A stretch of DNA of 63,659 nucleotides, filler included, from 7 parts of 7 records of this genome joined end to end with filler, not necessarily neighbours in it; one strand, 5' to 3'; counted from the whole stretch's first letter, positions 30,729-41,927 are shown. Made by a program: numbers and translations. The notes: generated by a model not told the origin, from the letters alone.

Positions 30729-32551
30729 ATTTACCCGGAGACATAAAGAACCTGAGCGACGCGGAGCTTGCCGCCCTGTGCAATGAGATCCGGCAGTTCA
30801 TGATCAGAAGCGTATCCAAAACCGGCGGCCATCTGGCGTCCAATCTCGGCGTGGTTGAGCTGACGGTTGCACTACATCGGGTGTTCGACACCTCAAAGGA
30901 TCGAGTCGTTTTCGACGTCGGACATCAAAGCTACGTACACAAGCTTTTAACAGGCCGGAAGGACCGTTTTGGCACGCTGCGGCAGTTTGGCGGCCTGTCC
31001 GGTTTTCCCAAGCCGACGGAATCCCAGCATGACGCCTTTATTGCCGGCCACGCGTCGGATTCTATTTCCGTAGCGCTCGGCATGGCCCGCGCGCGGACCA
31101 TCGGCCGTCGGGACTACAACGTCCTGTCCGTTATTGGCGACGGCGCGCTCACAGGAGGACTGTCGTACGAGGGCCTCAGTGATGCCGGGCAGAGCGGGGA
31201 GCCGCTTATTATTATCTTAAACGATAACGGCATGTCGATTACGCCCAATGTGGGCGGTATCGCGGCGTATCTGGCCCGTCAGCGTCTCAAGCCTTCCTAT
31301 ACGGCGTTTAAAAAGCGTTATCGGCGTTTTATGGAGAAATTCCCCGGCGGCCGCCATGTCTACCGGCTGACGCATGCCGTTAAAAGCGCTATTAAAGAAA
31401 CCATGCTGCACTGCAGCATGTTTGAGGAGATGGGCCTGCAGTACGCCGGTCCGATCGACGGGCATAACATTAAGCGTATGGTCGAGGCGCTTACCTGGGC
31501 CAAAGCCCTCGGGGAGCCGGTGCTCATCCATGTTATCACGCAAAAGGGAAAGGGCTATATCTACTCCGAGGACACGCCGGACCTGTATCACGGCGTATCG
31601 CCCTTTGACTATAAAAAAGGTATCATTTGCGGTGAGAACGCCTGCTTTTCAGCCGTTTTCGGCGAGGAACTGACGAGGCTGGCCCAGCAGGACTGGCGCG
31701 TTGTCGCCATCACGGCCGCTATGACGAGCGGCACGGGGCTGAGTCATTTTGCCGCCAAGTTTCCGGACCGTTTTTTTGATGTCGGCATTGCCGAGGGACA
31801 TGGCGCGTCGATGGCCGCGGGCTTGGCCGCGCAGGACTGCCTGCCGGTATTTGCCGTCTATTCGACGTTTCTGCAGCGGTCTTACGACATGCTGATTCAC
31901 GATATCGCATTGTCAAAGCTGCACGTCGTGCTGGCTGTTGACCGGGCGGGGCTCGTCGGCAGCGACGGCGAAACACATCAGGGTATCTTCGATGTCGGCT
32001 ATTTGTCGACCATCCCGGGTATGACAGTCTTTTGCCCGGCCAGCTACAATGAGCTGCGGGATATGCTTCGGCGCGCCGTATTCGGTACGGCGGGGCCCGT
32101 GGCCCTGCGCTATCCAAGAGGGGGCGAGGGACGCTATAGGGATGGCGGCGTATCGCCGTCAAAATGCGTCCGTACGGGCAAGGATCTGACGCTTGTGACC
32201 TACGGTGTCAACATTAACACAGCGCTCGATGCGGCCGACATTTTGATCGGACGCGGCATATCGGTTGAGATTATTAAGCTCGGCGTGATCCAGCCGCTGG
32301 ATTACAGCGAGGTGGACGCTTCCATTCAAAAAACAGGTCGGCTGCTTGTTTTGGAAGAGTGTGTGGCATCCGGCTGCGTTGGGCAAAGGCTGGCGCAGCA
32401 TGCCGCCGATCAATGCCCGGATCTGAGGAGAATCCGCCTTTTAAATCTCGGCAGTCAATTTATACCGCAGGGCAAGGTAGAACAGCTGCGCGCGGCTTAC
32501 GGTATCGACGCCGAGAGCGTCGTCCAGGCCGCCGAGGAGCTTTTACGATGA
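30707..32551 (+). CDS. dxs: 1-deoxy-D-xylulose-5-phosphate synthase
   Basis: GGHLASNLG, DVGHQ.Y, GDGA..G..LNDN, DRAG.VG.DG.THQG. Confidence 0.97.
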   Translation: MELLDRLNLPGDIKNLSDAELAALCNEIRQFMIRSVSKTGGHLASNLGVVELTVALHRVFDTSKDRVVFDVGHQSYVHKLLTGRKDRFGTLRQFGGLSGFPKPTESQHDAFIAGHASDSISVALGMARARTIGRRDYNVLSVIGDGALTGGLSYEGLSDAGQSGEPLIIILNDNGMSITPNVGGIAAYLARQRLKPSYTAFKKRYRRFMEKFPGGRHVYRLTHAVKSAIKETMLHCSMFEEMGLQYAGPIDGHNIKRMVEALTWAKALGEPVLIHVITQKGKGYIYSEDTPDLYHGVSPFDYKKGIICGENACFSAVFGEELTRLAQQDWRVVAITAAMTSGTGLSHFAAKFPDRFFDVGIAEGHGASMAAGLAAQDCLPVFAVYSTFLQRSYDMLIHDIALSKLHVVLAVDRAGLVGSDGETHQGIFDVGYLSTIPGMTVFCPASYNELRDMLRRAVFGTAGPVALRYPRGGEGRYRDGGVSPSKCVRTGKDLTLVTYGVNINTALDAADILIGRGISVEIIKLGVIQPLDYSEVDASIQKTGRLLVLEECVASGCVGQRLAQHAADQCPDLRRIRLLNLGSQFIPQGKVEQLRAAYGIDAESVVQAAEELLR

Positions 32552-33342
32552 AGGGCACGAGGCTGGACGCGCGCGCGTTTGAGCTGGGCCTGTTCGACAG
32601 CCGGGAACGGGCCAAAGCCGCCGTTATGAGCGGTATTGTTTATGTCAACGGCCAGAGGGAGCTCAAGCCGGGCACGCCTGTAACAGATGACAGCAATATT
32701 GAAGTACGCGGCAGTACGCTCAAATACGTCAGCCGCGGCGGCCTGAAGCTTGAAAAGGCGCTTGACTTTTTTGGCGTGTCGCCAACCGGCAAGCATTGTA
32801 TCGACAGCGGGGCATCGACCGGCGGCTTTACGGATGTGCTGCTCCAGCGCGGGGCCGAGCGCGTCTACGCCATAGACGTCGGATACGGGCAACTGGCCTG
32901 GAGCATAAGAAACGACCCACGTGTTGTCGTAATGGAGCGCACGAATATCCGTCATTTAAAGCCGGAGCAGATACCGGACAAGCTGGAGCTTAGTGTCATT
33001 GACGTGTCGTTTATTTCCCTTCGGCTCGTTCTCCCGGCCATACGGCCGCTTTTAACCCCGGATGGGGAAGTCGTCTGCCTTGTTAAGCCGCAGTTTGAGG
33101 CCGGCCGCGAAAAGGTCGGCAAAAAGGGCGTTGTCCGCGAGGCATCAACCCATATTGAGGTGCTGGAGACGTTCGTTACGGACGCTGAAAACGCCGGTTT
33201 TTTCGTTAAGAATATGACGTTTTCACCGGTCAAGGGACCGGAAGGCAATATAGAATTTCTGGGGCATCTGTCGCTTACGTGCGGCGGGGCCGGATTTGAT
33301 ATCAGGAGCGTCGTCCAGTCCGCGCACGAGTCGGCGGATTGA
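32548..33342 (+). CDS. tlyA: TlyA family rRNA methyltransferase
   Basis: S4 domain, YVSRGG.KL, GASTGGFT, DVSFISL, KPQFE. Confidence 0.95.
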   Translation: MKGTRLDARAFELGLFDSRERAKAAVMSGIVYVNGQRELKPGTPVTDDSNIEVRGSTLKYVSRGGLKLEKALDFFGVSPTGKHCIDSGASTGGFTDVLLQRGAERVYAIDVGYGQLAWSIRNDPRVVVMERTNIRHLKPEQIPDKLELSVIDVSFISLRLVLPAIRPLLTPDGEVVCLVKPQFEAGREKVGKKGVVREASTHIEVLETFVTDAENAGFFVKNMTFSPVKGPEGNIEFLGHLSLTCGGAGFDIRSVVQSAHESAD

Positions 33343-33379
33343 CAGGCCATCGCAAAGACACCGTGAAAGGATTAGATTT

Positions 33380-34237
33380 ATGAGACGCGTTTTGCTGTGC
33401 CCTAACGTCAAGCGCGACCGTGACTACGCGCTGACGCTGGAAGTGATTGACATCTTGAAAAACTGCAACGCGTCCATCGTTGTGTGTCCACTTTTCGATG
33501 AGAGCGGCCAGCTGCCCCCGGCACCGGACGGGATACGCATTGGCGAGCTTGACAAAGAGCTTGAAAGTGCGGATATGGCCATCGTCTTCGGCGGAGACGG
33601 TACGATTTTACGTACAGCCAGGGCGGCGGCTGATAAGTCTGTTCCGATCCTGGGTGTCAACATGGGGCAAAAGGGCTTCATGGCGGAAATTGAGAAAGAG
33701 GATATAGCGCTCATACCTCAGGCCGTCTGCGGCGAGTATGTAATAAACCGCCGGATGATGCTCAATATGGAGCTTAATCGCGGCGGCAAGGTCATACATC
33801 GTGATTTTGCGTTAAATGACGTTGTCATCGCCGGTGTTACAAAGGTCATCGACCTCACGCTTCGGGGCGACGGCGAGAAGATCTCGCACTTCTCCGGAGA
33901 CGGCGCGATTGTGGCGACCCCGACGGGCTCCACAGCCTATTCGATGGCGGCAGGCGGCCCCATTGTCGAGCCGAGCGCCGACAGCATCGTCGTCACGCCT
34001 ATCTGCGCGCATGTACTGGCGGCCCGGTCCTTTGTATTAGCGCCGGACCGGACTGTTTCCATTGAGCTGGGGGCCATCAAGGTCAACCCCGCCTACCTGA
34101 CGGTGGACGGCGGGAAGTCCGTTAATCTTGTCAGCGGCGACGTGGTCAATATACAAAAATCGGCGAAGCAAACGCTTTTAGTGCACCTGTCCAACAGGAG
34201 CTTTTACGCCAAAGTCAATGAAAAATTGGGTGAATAG
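33380..34237 (+). CDS. nadK: NAD kinase
   Basis: GGDGT, LND, TPTGSTAYS.AAGGP. Confidence 0.96.
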   Translation: MRRVLLCPNVKRDRDYALTLEVIDILKNCNASIVVCPLFDESGQLPPAPDGIRIGELDKELESADMAIVFGGDGTILRTARAAADKSVPILGVNMGQKGFMAEIEKEDIALIPQAVCGEYVINRRMMLNMELNRGGKVIHRDFALNDVVIAGVTKVIDLTLRGDGEKISHFSGDGAIVATPTGSTAYSMAAGGPIVEPSADSIVVTPICAHVLAARSFVLAPDRTVSIELGAIKVNPAYLTVDGGKSVNLVSGDVVNIQKSAKQTLLVHLSNRSFYAKVNEKLGE

Positions 34238-34394
34238 CGTGAAGATTCACGCCTGAATATATATCCCAAGGTTTTCACTGCCGGCAGCGCGGGCAGTGTT
34301 TCGGCGGGAATCAAAAAGATGGACAAACCGCGCGGATAGGCGGGTTCGTTCATCACGTTGAGTGCGCAGCTGTATAATACGGCGCCGCGCACGG

Positions 34395-34494
34395 NNNNNN
34401 NNNNNNNNNNNNNNNNNNNNNNNNNNNNNNNNNNNNNNTTAATTAATTAANNNNNNNNNNNNNNNNNNNNNNNNNNNNNNNNNNNNNNNNNNNN
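34395..34494. other. Artificial contig spacer
   Basis: N-run with TTAATTAATTAA. Confidence 0.98.
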
Positions 34495-34523
34495 CCCCTA
34501 AATCCCCCTTGGCCAAGGGGGAC
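34495..34523. repeat. REP-like palindrome at the contig edge
   Basis: Perfect 20-bp palindrome TCCCCCTTGGCCAAGGGGGA (34503-34522) preceded by CCCCTAAA. Confidence 0.55.
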
Positions 34524-34595
34524 ATTGGTGTGGGGATTATTTGGATAAAGATGTTATTTTAGCATTAAGTTAATATATTTATTCGGGTTATCTGA

Positions 34596-36161
34596 ATGAA
34601 AGTCGGGATTCTTGGATTAATAAATGGGTCCATGAGTCACAATCGGATAGAGCAGATATATAGTTTTTTATTCAGGAAACAGTTTGTCAGTATCATGCCG
34701 CAGGCGGTCGCGGTCTGGTGCCGGCAGCTGGGACATAAGGTTTTTTATGCAACCTATTTTGGTCAGCAGGATCCAAAAAGTTTACTGCCAAATGATCTGG
34801 ATGTTGTTTTTATCTGCTCCTTTACTCAGGCCAGCGCTCTCTCCTATGCCCTGGCTAAGCTATATCGCAGGAAAAAGACCATAACAGTTCTGGGTGGACC
34901 TCATGCCAACTCCTTTCCCACGGATAGCCTGCGGTTTTTTGACTATGTGATTCAAGAATGCGATAAAGCTATTGTCAGGGATGTTTTGGGATCTGGTTTT
35001 GCTCGTCACACCATTGTCAGGAGCGATCGTCTTCTGACGGATTTGCCAGGCGTAGAAGAACGGCTTCCCGAAATTCTCAAATCAAGTTATACGGCGAGTC
35101 GACCACCGGTATTTAGCAATATTCCAGTTATGAGCAGTCTTGGATGTCCGTATAGCTGTGATTTCTGTGTTGACTGGAACAAATCTTATGTCTTTTTGCC
35201 AAAGGAACGACTCCGGGAAGATTTATTTTACATTTCGAAGAATTTCCCCAAAGTGACTATTGTTTTCCATGATCCGAACTTTGGTGTCCGTTTTGATCAG
35301 GTGCTGGATATTTTAGAAACCATACCTGAAAAAGACCGGAATCCATATGCCATGGGATGCTCCCTCTCAGTTCTCAAGGGTTCGCGATTATCGCGCCTGA
35401 AAAGGACAAATTGTATTTATGTAGGCCCGGGAGTGGAATCCTGGCAGGATTATGCCAATAAGGCGGCAACCGGTTTTGCTGAGGGACGGGAAAAACTGGA
35501 AAAAGTGGTGGCACATTTTAAAGAGTTGTATCCTTATGTCCCGAGCCTTGGCGCGTGTTTTATATTTGGTACGGATACGGACAAAGGAGATGATCCGATC
35601 CAGCTGACTAAAGATTTTATTCGTCAATTTCCTTATGTGTGGCCGGGAATAAATATCCCGACACCTTTTGGTGGTACGCTAATATATGAGCGTTATCTCA
35701 AGGAGGACAGGTTATTAAAATCCATACCGTTTCGGTTTTATTTTACACCTTATCTTGTGTTCCAGCTGAAACACTATAATCCCCTGGAGTACTATGAAAA
35801 GCTGATTGGATTACTATCCTATACGATATCTCTCAATATAATGACACGCCGCGTCTCAGGAACGCGTTGTTTCCCCATTAAAATAATACAGCTGCTGCGC
35901 ACCCTGGCTTTGCGGAACCAACTATCAGAGATGAGGCTTATTCATTATCAGCTCAAAACCGATAAGAACTTTCGGGCCTTCCATGAGGGTGACTCGAAAA
36001 GACTACCTGATTTTTACCGTCAACGACTTATAAAGAGTCTGGGAGCTTATGCCGAATTACTTTCGGAGGAGGATTTGACTCCAGTGCTGGAAGAAAATCG
36101 TATTGAGACCGGGTCAATACCTTCAGAGAAAGAAGCTGATGAATTCCGGCAAAGAAATTAA
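34596..36161 (+). CDS. B12-binding radical SAM protein
   Basis: VLGGPHA cobalamin-domain motif; GCPYSCDFC; F.D.NF; GVES. Confidence 0.88.
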   Translation: MKVGILGLINGSMSHNRIEQIYSFLFRKQFVSIMPQAVAVWCRQLGHKVFYATYFGQQDPKSLLPNDLDVVFICSFTQASALSYALAKLYRRKKTITVLGGPHANSFPTDSLRFFDYVIQECDKAIVRDVLGSGFARHTIVRSDRLLTDLPGVEERLPEILKSSYTASRPPVFSNIPVMSSLGCPYSCDFCVDWNKSYVFLPKERLREDLFYISKNFPKVTIVFHDPNFGVRFDQVLDILETIPEKDRNPYAMGCSLSVLKGSRLSRLKRTNCIYVGPGVESWQDYANKAATGFAEGREKLEKVVAHFKELYPYVPSLGACFIFGTDTDKGDDPIQLTKDFIRQFPYVWPGINIPTPFGGTLIYERYLKEDRLLKSIPFRFYFTPYLVFQLKHYNPLEYYEKLIGLLSYTISLNIMTRRVSGTRCFPIKIIQLLRTLALRNQLSEMRLIHYQLKTDKNFRAFHEGDSKRLPDFYRQRLIKSLGAYAELLSEEDLTPVLEENRIETGSIPSEKEADEFRQRN

Positions 36162-36215
36162 GAGTTCGCTTGTGAAGGTGCTTTTCACACTGTTTTGGAG
36201 TAAGGTTTAAAAATC

Positions 36216-37289
36216 ATGAAGAAACCTTTTTTATTCATTGTTGTTAGTATTTATTTGGCTCTGATCGGTTGCCATAAAAATCCGGCTGCATTGGATACGG
36301 TTGCATTCAAATGGGAATTCACTTCTCCCGAACAGCAGGGTATGAAGACTCACACACTGGATTCTGCTTTTGTTCAGGCCAAACAGCTGGGATTTGTCGA
36401 TGGGTTGTTAATCATACGGAACGGATTTATTGTCGGTGAACAGTATTATAATGGCTATGATGGGTCCACTCCCCACCATGTTATGTCTGTTTCAAAAAGT
36501 TTTTTATCAGCGATGACGGGTATTGCTTTAGATAAAGGATATATTATCAGTTTGGATGATAAGGTTATGAATTACTTTCCGGAATATGTTTATGCGGGTA
36601 TGGATGAGAGGAAAAAGGATATTACCATCCGACATTTGATGACTATGCGAATGGGAATCGATAAAGAAGAGAATAATCTGTTTCAGGTGCTGGCAGAACC
36701 GGACTGGATCAAAGCGACAATAGAGCTGCCATTGCTTTTTACACCTGGAGAAAAATTCAGTTATAATTCACTTGAAACACATCTTTTGTCTGCGATTATC
36801 ACGAAAACCAGCGATATGAGTTCGCTGGAATTTTTAAGAAAATATCTTTTATCAGGGATGCGAATAGATATTGATTACTGGCTTCAGGATCCGCAAGGGT
36901 ATTATTTTGGTGGAAGTGAGATGTTTTATACGCCATGGGAAATGGCTTTACTAGGTTATCTGTATTTAAAAGAAGGACATTTAAATGGCATCCAGATTAT
37001 CCCCCGTTATTGGATTAAAACATCTTTAAGCAAAACGTGGAGCAGAGACAGCTCCCAATGGGGTGTTTTGACAGATTATAACTATGGCTATTTATGGTGG
37101 CTGGGAAAAATTAATGGTTATGACCTGTTTATGGCGCTGGGGCATGGTGGACAGACGGTTATTACCTTTCCGGATTTGAATCTGATCGTCGTAACAACAG
37201 CCGATTACAATGTGGGATTGGATGCCGACCAGACGCGACCGATTCTGGAGATTGTTTCAAAATATATTTTGACAGCTATAGTCAATTAA
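36216..37289 (+). CDS. Serine hydrolase (beta-lactamase-like) lipoprotein
   Basis: SVSKS, PGEKFSYNS, YGYLWW, A.GHGGQ; lipobox LIGC. Confidence 0.9.
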   Translation: MKKPFLFIVVSIYLALIGCHKNPAALDTVAFKWEFTSPEQQGMKTHTLDSAFVQAKQLGFVDGLLIIRNGFIVGEQYYNGYDGSTPHHVMSVSKSFLSAMTGIALDKGYIISLDDKVMNYFPEYVYAGMDERKKDITIRHLMTMRMGIDKEENNLFQVLAEPDWIKATIELPLLFTPGEKFSYNSLETHLLSAIITKTSDMSSLEFLRKYLLSGMRIDIDYWLQDPQGYYFGGSEMFYTPWEMALLGYLYLKEGHLNGIQIIPRYWIKTSLSKTWSRDSSQWGVLTDYNYGYLWWLGKINGYDLFMALGHGGQTVITFPDLNLIVVTTADYNVGLDADQTRPILEIVSKYILTAIVN

Positions 37290-37369
37290 GAAGTGGAATA
37301 GATGGTTTAACAGTATGGTTTTTATCGTAAAATGAGATAAAGGATTAATATTACCTTTGAAAGGAGGGA

Positions 37370-37813
37370 TTGATGAAATATTCAACTGAAATTGAGATAA
37401 ATTTACCTTTAAACAGAGTTATTGAATTGTTCGATAATCCGGATAACCTGAAAAAATGGATGCCGGATCTGGTCAGTTTTGAGCATCTTAGCGGTGAGCC
37501 CGGGCAGGTTGGGGCAAAATCAAAGTTGAAATATCAGATGGGTAACAGGCAGATTGAGATGATCGAAACCATAACTGTCAGGGATTTGCCCGATGAATTC
37601 AGTGGTACGTATGAGGCCAAAGGTGTTTATAATATCGTGAAAAACAGGTTTATTCCTTTATCTGAAAATAAAACAAAGTATATAACAGATCAGGAATTTC
37701 AATTTCACGGCATAATGAAATTTATTGGTTTTTTAATGCCCGGCGCCTTTAAAAAACAATCCTATCAATATCTCGAACAATTTAAAGCTTTTGCTGAAAA
37801 TGAAAAGAAATAG
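37370..37813 (+). CDS. SRPBCC family protein
   Basis: FDNPDNLKKW, FK.FAE; GGAGG RBS. Confidence 0.85.
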   Translation: MMKYSTEIEINLPLNRVIELFDNPDNLKKWMPDLVSFEHLSGEPGQVGAKSKLKYQMGNRQIEMIETITVRDLPDEFSGTYEAKGVYNIVKNRFIPLSENKTKYITDQEFQFHGIMKFIGFLMPGAFKKQSYQYLEQFKAFAENEKK

Positions 37814-37877
37814 AGACGTAAACCATGATAATCACAAGTGACAGAGGAGAATTTCATCACGAGATTCCAGGCAGTAG

Positions 37878-38582
37878 ATGATTAACTCAGAAACAACCAT
37901 TAGCAAAAGGCAGAATCGTCAGGAATTATTCACGGTGCTGTTTTTCGCTCTTTTTATTCTTTTCGTGCGGAAAATTCCATGGGTCGCACATGCTTTGGGC
38001 GCTTTGCCGGTTCTCGGAGCCAGCATTCCCTTTTTTCTTCTGAGTACAAGTCTGTTGATGTGGTCTCTGAGAAAAGGCCGGAGCCTGGCTGATTTTGGAC
38101 TGCACATACCTCAATCCTTTTTTCTCACTATTGTCTGGGGTGTGGGAGCCGGACTCTTTCGGCTTTTGACGAGTTTTATTTTGAGTCCTGTTTTAACGCA
38201 ACTAACCGGTTCTGCTCCTGTGCTAACCCGGATTGATCCGTTGCAAGGGAATCTTTTACTGTTGTTGATTCTGACGCCGCTGATGTGGCTGACCATTGGA
38301 TTTGGTGAAGAAGTTCTTCACCGCGGGTTTATCATGACGCGACTGGCACAGATATGGGGTGGAACCAGGAGGTCCTGGATACTAGCCTTATTCGTGCATG
38401 CGGTTATTTTTTCGGTGGGACACGCGTATCAGGGTTTGGCCGGCGTTATTTTGACCGGTATATCGGCATTGATTTATGGCAGCGTATATATGTTATCAGG
38501 CCGAAATTTATGGACAGCTATTATCGCTCACTCTTTAGCAAATTCAGTTGCTTTTGTGGAACGTTTCCTAACCAGTCTGTGA
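37878..38582 (+). CDS. CPBP family intramembrane protease
   Basis: EEVLHRG, F.VGHAYQG, AHSLAN. Confidence 0.9.
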   Translation: MINSETTISKRQNRQELFTVLFFALFILFVRKIPWVAHALGALPVLGASIPFFLLSTSLLMWSLRKGRSLADFGLHIPQSFFLTIVWGVGAGLFRLLTSFILSPVLTQLTGSAPVLTRIDPLQGNLLLLLILTPLMWLTIGFGEEVLHRGFIMTRLAQIWGGTRRSWILALFVHAVIFSVGHAYQGLAGVILTGISALIYGSVYMLSGRNLWTAIIAHSLANSVAFVERFLTSL

Positions 38583-38699
38583 TATTCTGAGTCTGGAATC
38601 GGGGGAATGGTAATCTGACAATGTTTTTTTCATTTAAACCCGGGGAATCGCATGTATGTGGGTCCTGTTTCGTCAATAAAGACCAGGAGTGATGTAATT

Positions 38700-40004
38700 A
38701 TGAAAAAAAGAAAACACTGTTATCATTGCTTTAATATTTTCCTGTTAGCGGTTTTTATGATTTTTAATTTTATTCCGGTATTCGCATCAGCAAGCGATTC
38801 CAGTATAGTCGATTTATGGGGACAACTTGAGGTTGAGGGCCATGAAATAAAGAATCAACATGGGCAGGCTGTTGCGTTGCACGGAATGAGTCTTTTCTGG
38901 AGTCAATGGATAGGAAAATATTACAATAAAAGCTGCATAAAATGGCTGCAGGAAAACTGGCAGTGTACTGTAGTTCGGGCGGCGTTGGGTGTCGAACCGG
39001 ATGGTTATCTTGCCAATCCGGACAGGGAAAAAGCTAGGATCAAGGCTGTCATCGATGCCTGCATTGAATTGGGGATTTATGTGGTCATAGACTGGCATGA
39101 CCATCACGCTCATGAGCATGAGGCTGAAGCTATTTCCTTTTTTAAAGAAATGGCCACGTCATATGGGGATAAACCCAACATCATCTATGAAATTTATAAT
39201 GAGCCTGAACAGGTTTCCTGGACCAATGTGATCAAACCTTATGCGGAAGCGGTTATCAGCGAGATCCGTGCCATTGATCCGGATAATATCATTATTGTGG
39301 GTACACCAACCTGGTCGCAGGATGTGGATGTGGCTGCCAGGGATCCATTGGATTTTACAAATATCGCCTACGCGCTTCATTATTATGCTGCCAGTCACAA
39401 GCAATTTTTAAGAGATAAAGCCAAAACCGCTCTCAGTAGTGGTGTGGCTCTTTTTGTCTCCGAATATGGGACGTGTGAATACACGGGCACTGGCATTATT
39501 GACTATACAGAAGTTGCAATCTGGCTTCAATTTATGGATGATAACAAACTGAGCTGGTGTAACTGGTCTGTTGCAGATAAAAATGAGACCTCTGCGGCGT
39601 TAAAAGGGGGTGCCAGCGCCAGCGGCAATTGGGCGAGCTCTGATCTTTCCGAATCCGGAACAATGGTTCGAGAGGCGATCATCTTTAGGAATGAACCGAT
39701 TTTTACCTCTGTGGAGGAATCGGAGCAAGGCCATTATGATTCGGAAACGGACAGGATTCAAAACTATCCGAATCCTTTTAATTCGTCTACATTTTTTCAA
39801 TTTTCTGTTCCATTTCCGCAAAAAGTCCGGATCGATATCTATAACATCCTGGGTGAAAAGGTGGCTTTACTGCTCGACAGACACATGCATGCCGGCATTT
39901 TTCACATTCCATTTTATTCTGAATTCCTATCCAGTGGGACCTATTTTTACAAGTATGAAACGGAAAACAGATCCTGCATTAAACGGATGCAACTGGTAAA
40001 ATAA
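38700..40004 (+). CDS. GH5 endoglucanase with C-terminal secretion-type domain
   Basis: GMSLFWS, IDWH, YNEP (acid/base), FVSEYG (nucleophile); NYPNPFN tail. Confidence 0.93.
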   Translation: MKKRKHCYHCFNIFLLAVFMIFNFIPVFASASDSSIVDLWGQLEVEGHEIKNQHGQAVALHGMSLFWSQWIGKYYNKSCIKWLQENWQCTVVRAALGVEPDGYLANPDREKARIKAVIDACIELGIYVVIDWHDHHAHEHEAEAISFFKEMATSYGDKPNIIYEIYNEPEQVSWTNVIKPYAEAVISEIRAIDPDNIIIVGTPTWSQDVDVAARDPLDFTNIAYALHYYAASHKQFLRDKAKTALSSGVALFVSEYGTCEYTGTGIIDYTEVAIWLQFMDDNKLSWCNWSVADKNETSAALKGGASASGNWASSDLSESGTMVREAIIFRNEPIFTSVEESEQGHYDSETDRIQNYPNPFNSSTFFQFSVPFPQKVRIDIYNILGEKVALLLDRHMHAGIFHIPFYSEFLSSGTYFYKYETENRSCIKRMQLVK

Positions 40005-40081
40005 ATTGCTATTTTTTACAAATGGCCTATTTTGTTTTAAAAATAAACGAATCATTGCTTCACACTATAACCGGGAAAATT

Positions 40082-40420
40082 ATGGATAACTCGAAATACA
40101 GGTACCATCATTTAGGTATCCCCACGAAAAATCCGATTGCAAGCGAAGTTTACCTGAAGGATTACAAGTTTTACCATTATGGTTTTGAGAAAAGTGAATT
40201 TGGAATTGAATGGATGAGATTTGAAAAGGATTGTGAATTGCCGGATATTGTAAAAACTGTTCCACATGTTGCCTTTGAGGTAGATGATATATATGAGGCG
40301 CTAAAAGGTAGAAAAGTCATCATTGAACCCAATAGCCCGTCAGAGGGGCATATCGTTGCTTTTATTGAAGAGGATGGTGCTCCCATAGAGTTTATTCAAA
40401 TAAATAAAAAAGGTCTGTAA
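40082..40420 (+). CDS. VOC-fold protein
   Basis: YHHLGIP, PHVAFEVDD, GAPIEF. Confidence 0.8.
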   Translation: MDNSKYRYHHLGIPTKNPIASEVYLKDYKFYHYGFEKSEFGIEWMRFEKDCELPDIVKTVPHVAFEVDDIYEALKGRKVIIEPNSPSEGHIVAFIEEDGAPIEFIQINKKGL

Positions 40421-40439
40421 TCATATCTAAAAGGAAAAA

Positions 40440-41729
40440 ATGATACCGCGAATACCTGAAAATACTGCCAGCCGTGTTTTGCAAAAGGCATTCAAAGCCG
40501 GATTGATAAATAACGACGATACAACGCTGATATTTTATGATCTTTCGTATCTCAAAGAACGGATTTCTGATTTAGTAACCTTATTTCCGCCATCAGCGCT
40601 ACATGCTATTGCCATCAAGGCCAATCCGCTTTTAAAGGTGTTGGAGCAGATAAATTTGCCCGGTGTTGGCCTGGAAGCAGCCACGTTAGCGGAACTCCAT
40701 ATTGCCCGAAAGGCTGGTTTTAGCAGTGACAGAATCGTCTTTGACTCTCCTGCGAAAACCAAATCTGAATTGGAATACGCTCTAAAAGCGGGCGTGTATA
40801 TCAACGCGGATTCGTTGATGGAACTGGAACGTATTGCGGATATTCAGAAAAAGTACAAGTTGAATAGGCCAGTGGGTATCCGGATAAATCCCCAGGTAGG
40901 CACAGGAAGTATCAGTACGACCAGTGTGGCTGGAGAGTTTTCAAAGTTTGGCGTTCCGTTAAATCAATGTCGCCAGGAACTAAAAGAAGCCTATATCAAA
41001 AATGACTGGCTGCGAGGTGTGCATCTGCATATCGGTTCCCAGGGGTGTGCTGTCGAGATGTTGTTAGATGGGATCGGCATGGTCTTTGAATTTGTTCATG
41101 AGGTCAATTATGATCTTGAGAAAAGGGGTGTTGATAAAAAAATCGATATTTTTGACATGGGTGGCGGCCTGCCTGTTTCCTACCATAGAAATGAGGTGCC
41201 TGTCAGTATGGCTCAGTATAAACAGCAACTGGAAACCCGATTCCATGAGCTTTTTAGTGGTGATTTTAAACTCATCACCGAATTTGGCAGATACATCCAC
41301 GCTAACACGGCCTGGGCTGTGAGTCGGGTTGAGTATGTGAAAGATTATACTGAACCCAAAACCATTATGATCCATGTTGGCGCGGATCTGTTTTTACGTA
41401 CCTGTTACAGACCGGAGGACTGGCATCATGACGTCACGGTATTGGATAAAAATGGCCATCTTAAATCCGATGGCCCAAAGCAGAAATATGTCATCGCCGG
41501 TCCGCTCTGTTTTAGCGGGGACATGATTGCCAGAGATATTGAATTACCGGACGTAAAGGAAGGGGATTATATCCTCATTCACGATGTGGGTGCCTATACC
41601 ATGAGCATGTGGTCCAGATATAACAGTCGCCAGACACCTAAAATTATTGGCTATCACGAGAATGGCACATCGTTTGAGATTTTGAAAGATCGGGAGAGCG
41701 TAAAGGATGTTGTGGATTTTTGGGGGTGA
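40440..41729 (+). CDS. lysA: Diaminopimelate decarboxylase-like PLP enzyme (fold III)
   Basis: AIKAN, SKFG, HLHIGSQ, GGG, EFGR, GPLC..GD, GAY; substrate not certain. Confidence 0.75.
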   Translation: MIPRIPENTASRVLQKAFKAGLINNDDTTLIFYDLSYLKERISDLVTLFPPSALHAIAIKANPLLKVLEQINLPGVGLEAATLAELHIARKAGFSSDRIVFDSPAKTKSELEYALKAGVYINADSLMELERIADIQKKYKLNRPVGIRINPQVGTGSISTTSVAGEFSKFGVPLNQCRQELKEAYIKNDWLRGVHLHIGSQGCAVEMLLDGIGMVFEFVHEVNYDLEKRGVDKKIDIFDMGGGLPVSYHRNEVPVSMAQYKQQLETRFHELFSGDFKLITEFGRYIHANTAWAVSRVEYVKDYTEPKTIMIHVGADLFLRTCYRPEDWHHDVTVLDKNGHLKSDGPKQKYVIAGPLCFSGDMIARDIELPDVKEGDYILIHDVGAYTMSMWSRYNSRQTPKIIGYHENGTSFEILKDRESVKDVVDFWG

Positions 41730-41927
41730 TATCAAGGGCTGGGGATATTATCTTTTCCTATTTAGAGGTTGGTATAATTCTTTAAAATGATATCTGATTT
41801 GCAATTTGACTGATGCAGAATTCCGGATTGCTTGAGATGTGCCGTAATTACATAACGGAGAGTAAATATATCGTCACTACGGGACTGAAAACGTGTAGTG
41901 TGGATGATGGCTATAAATATGATATCC

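Noticed and set aside
25814-33350. Long antisense ORFs over xseA, ispA, dxs and tlyA
   Set aside because: Expected shadows of high-GC coding sequence
34204-34394. Convergent partial ORF after nadK where argR/recN would be expected
   Set aside because: Too short and truncated to identify or to claim a rearrangement
13632-36161. Link between the B12 riboswitch and the B12 radical SAM gene
   Set aside because: They lie on different contigs separated by spacers
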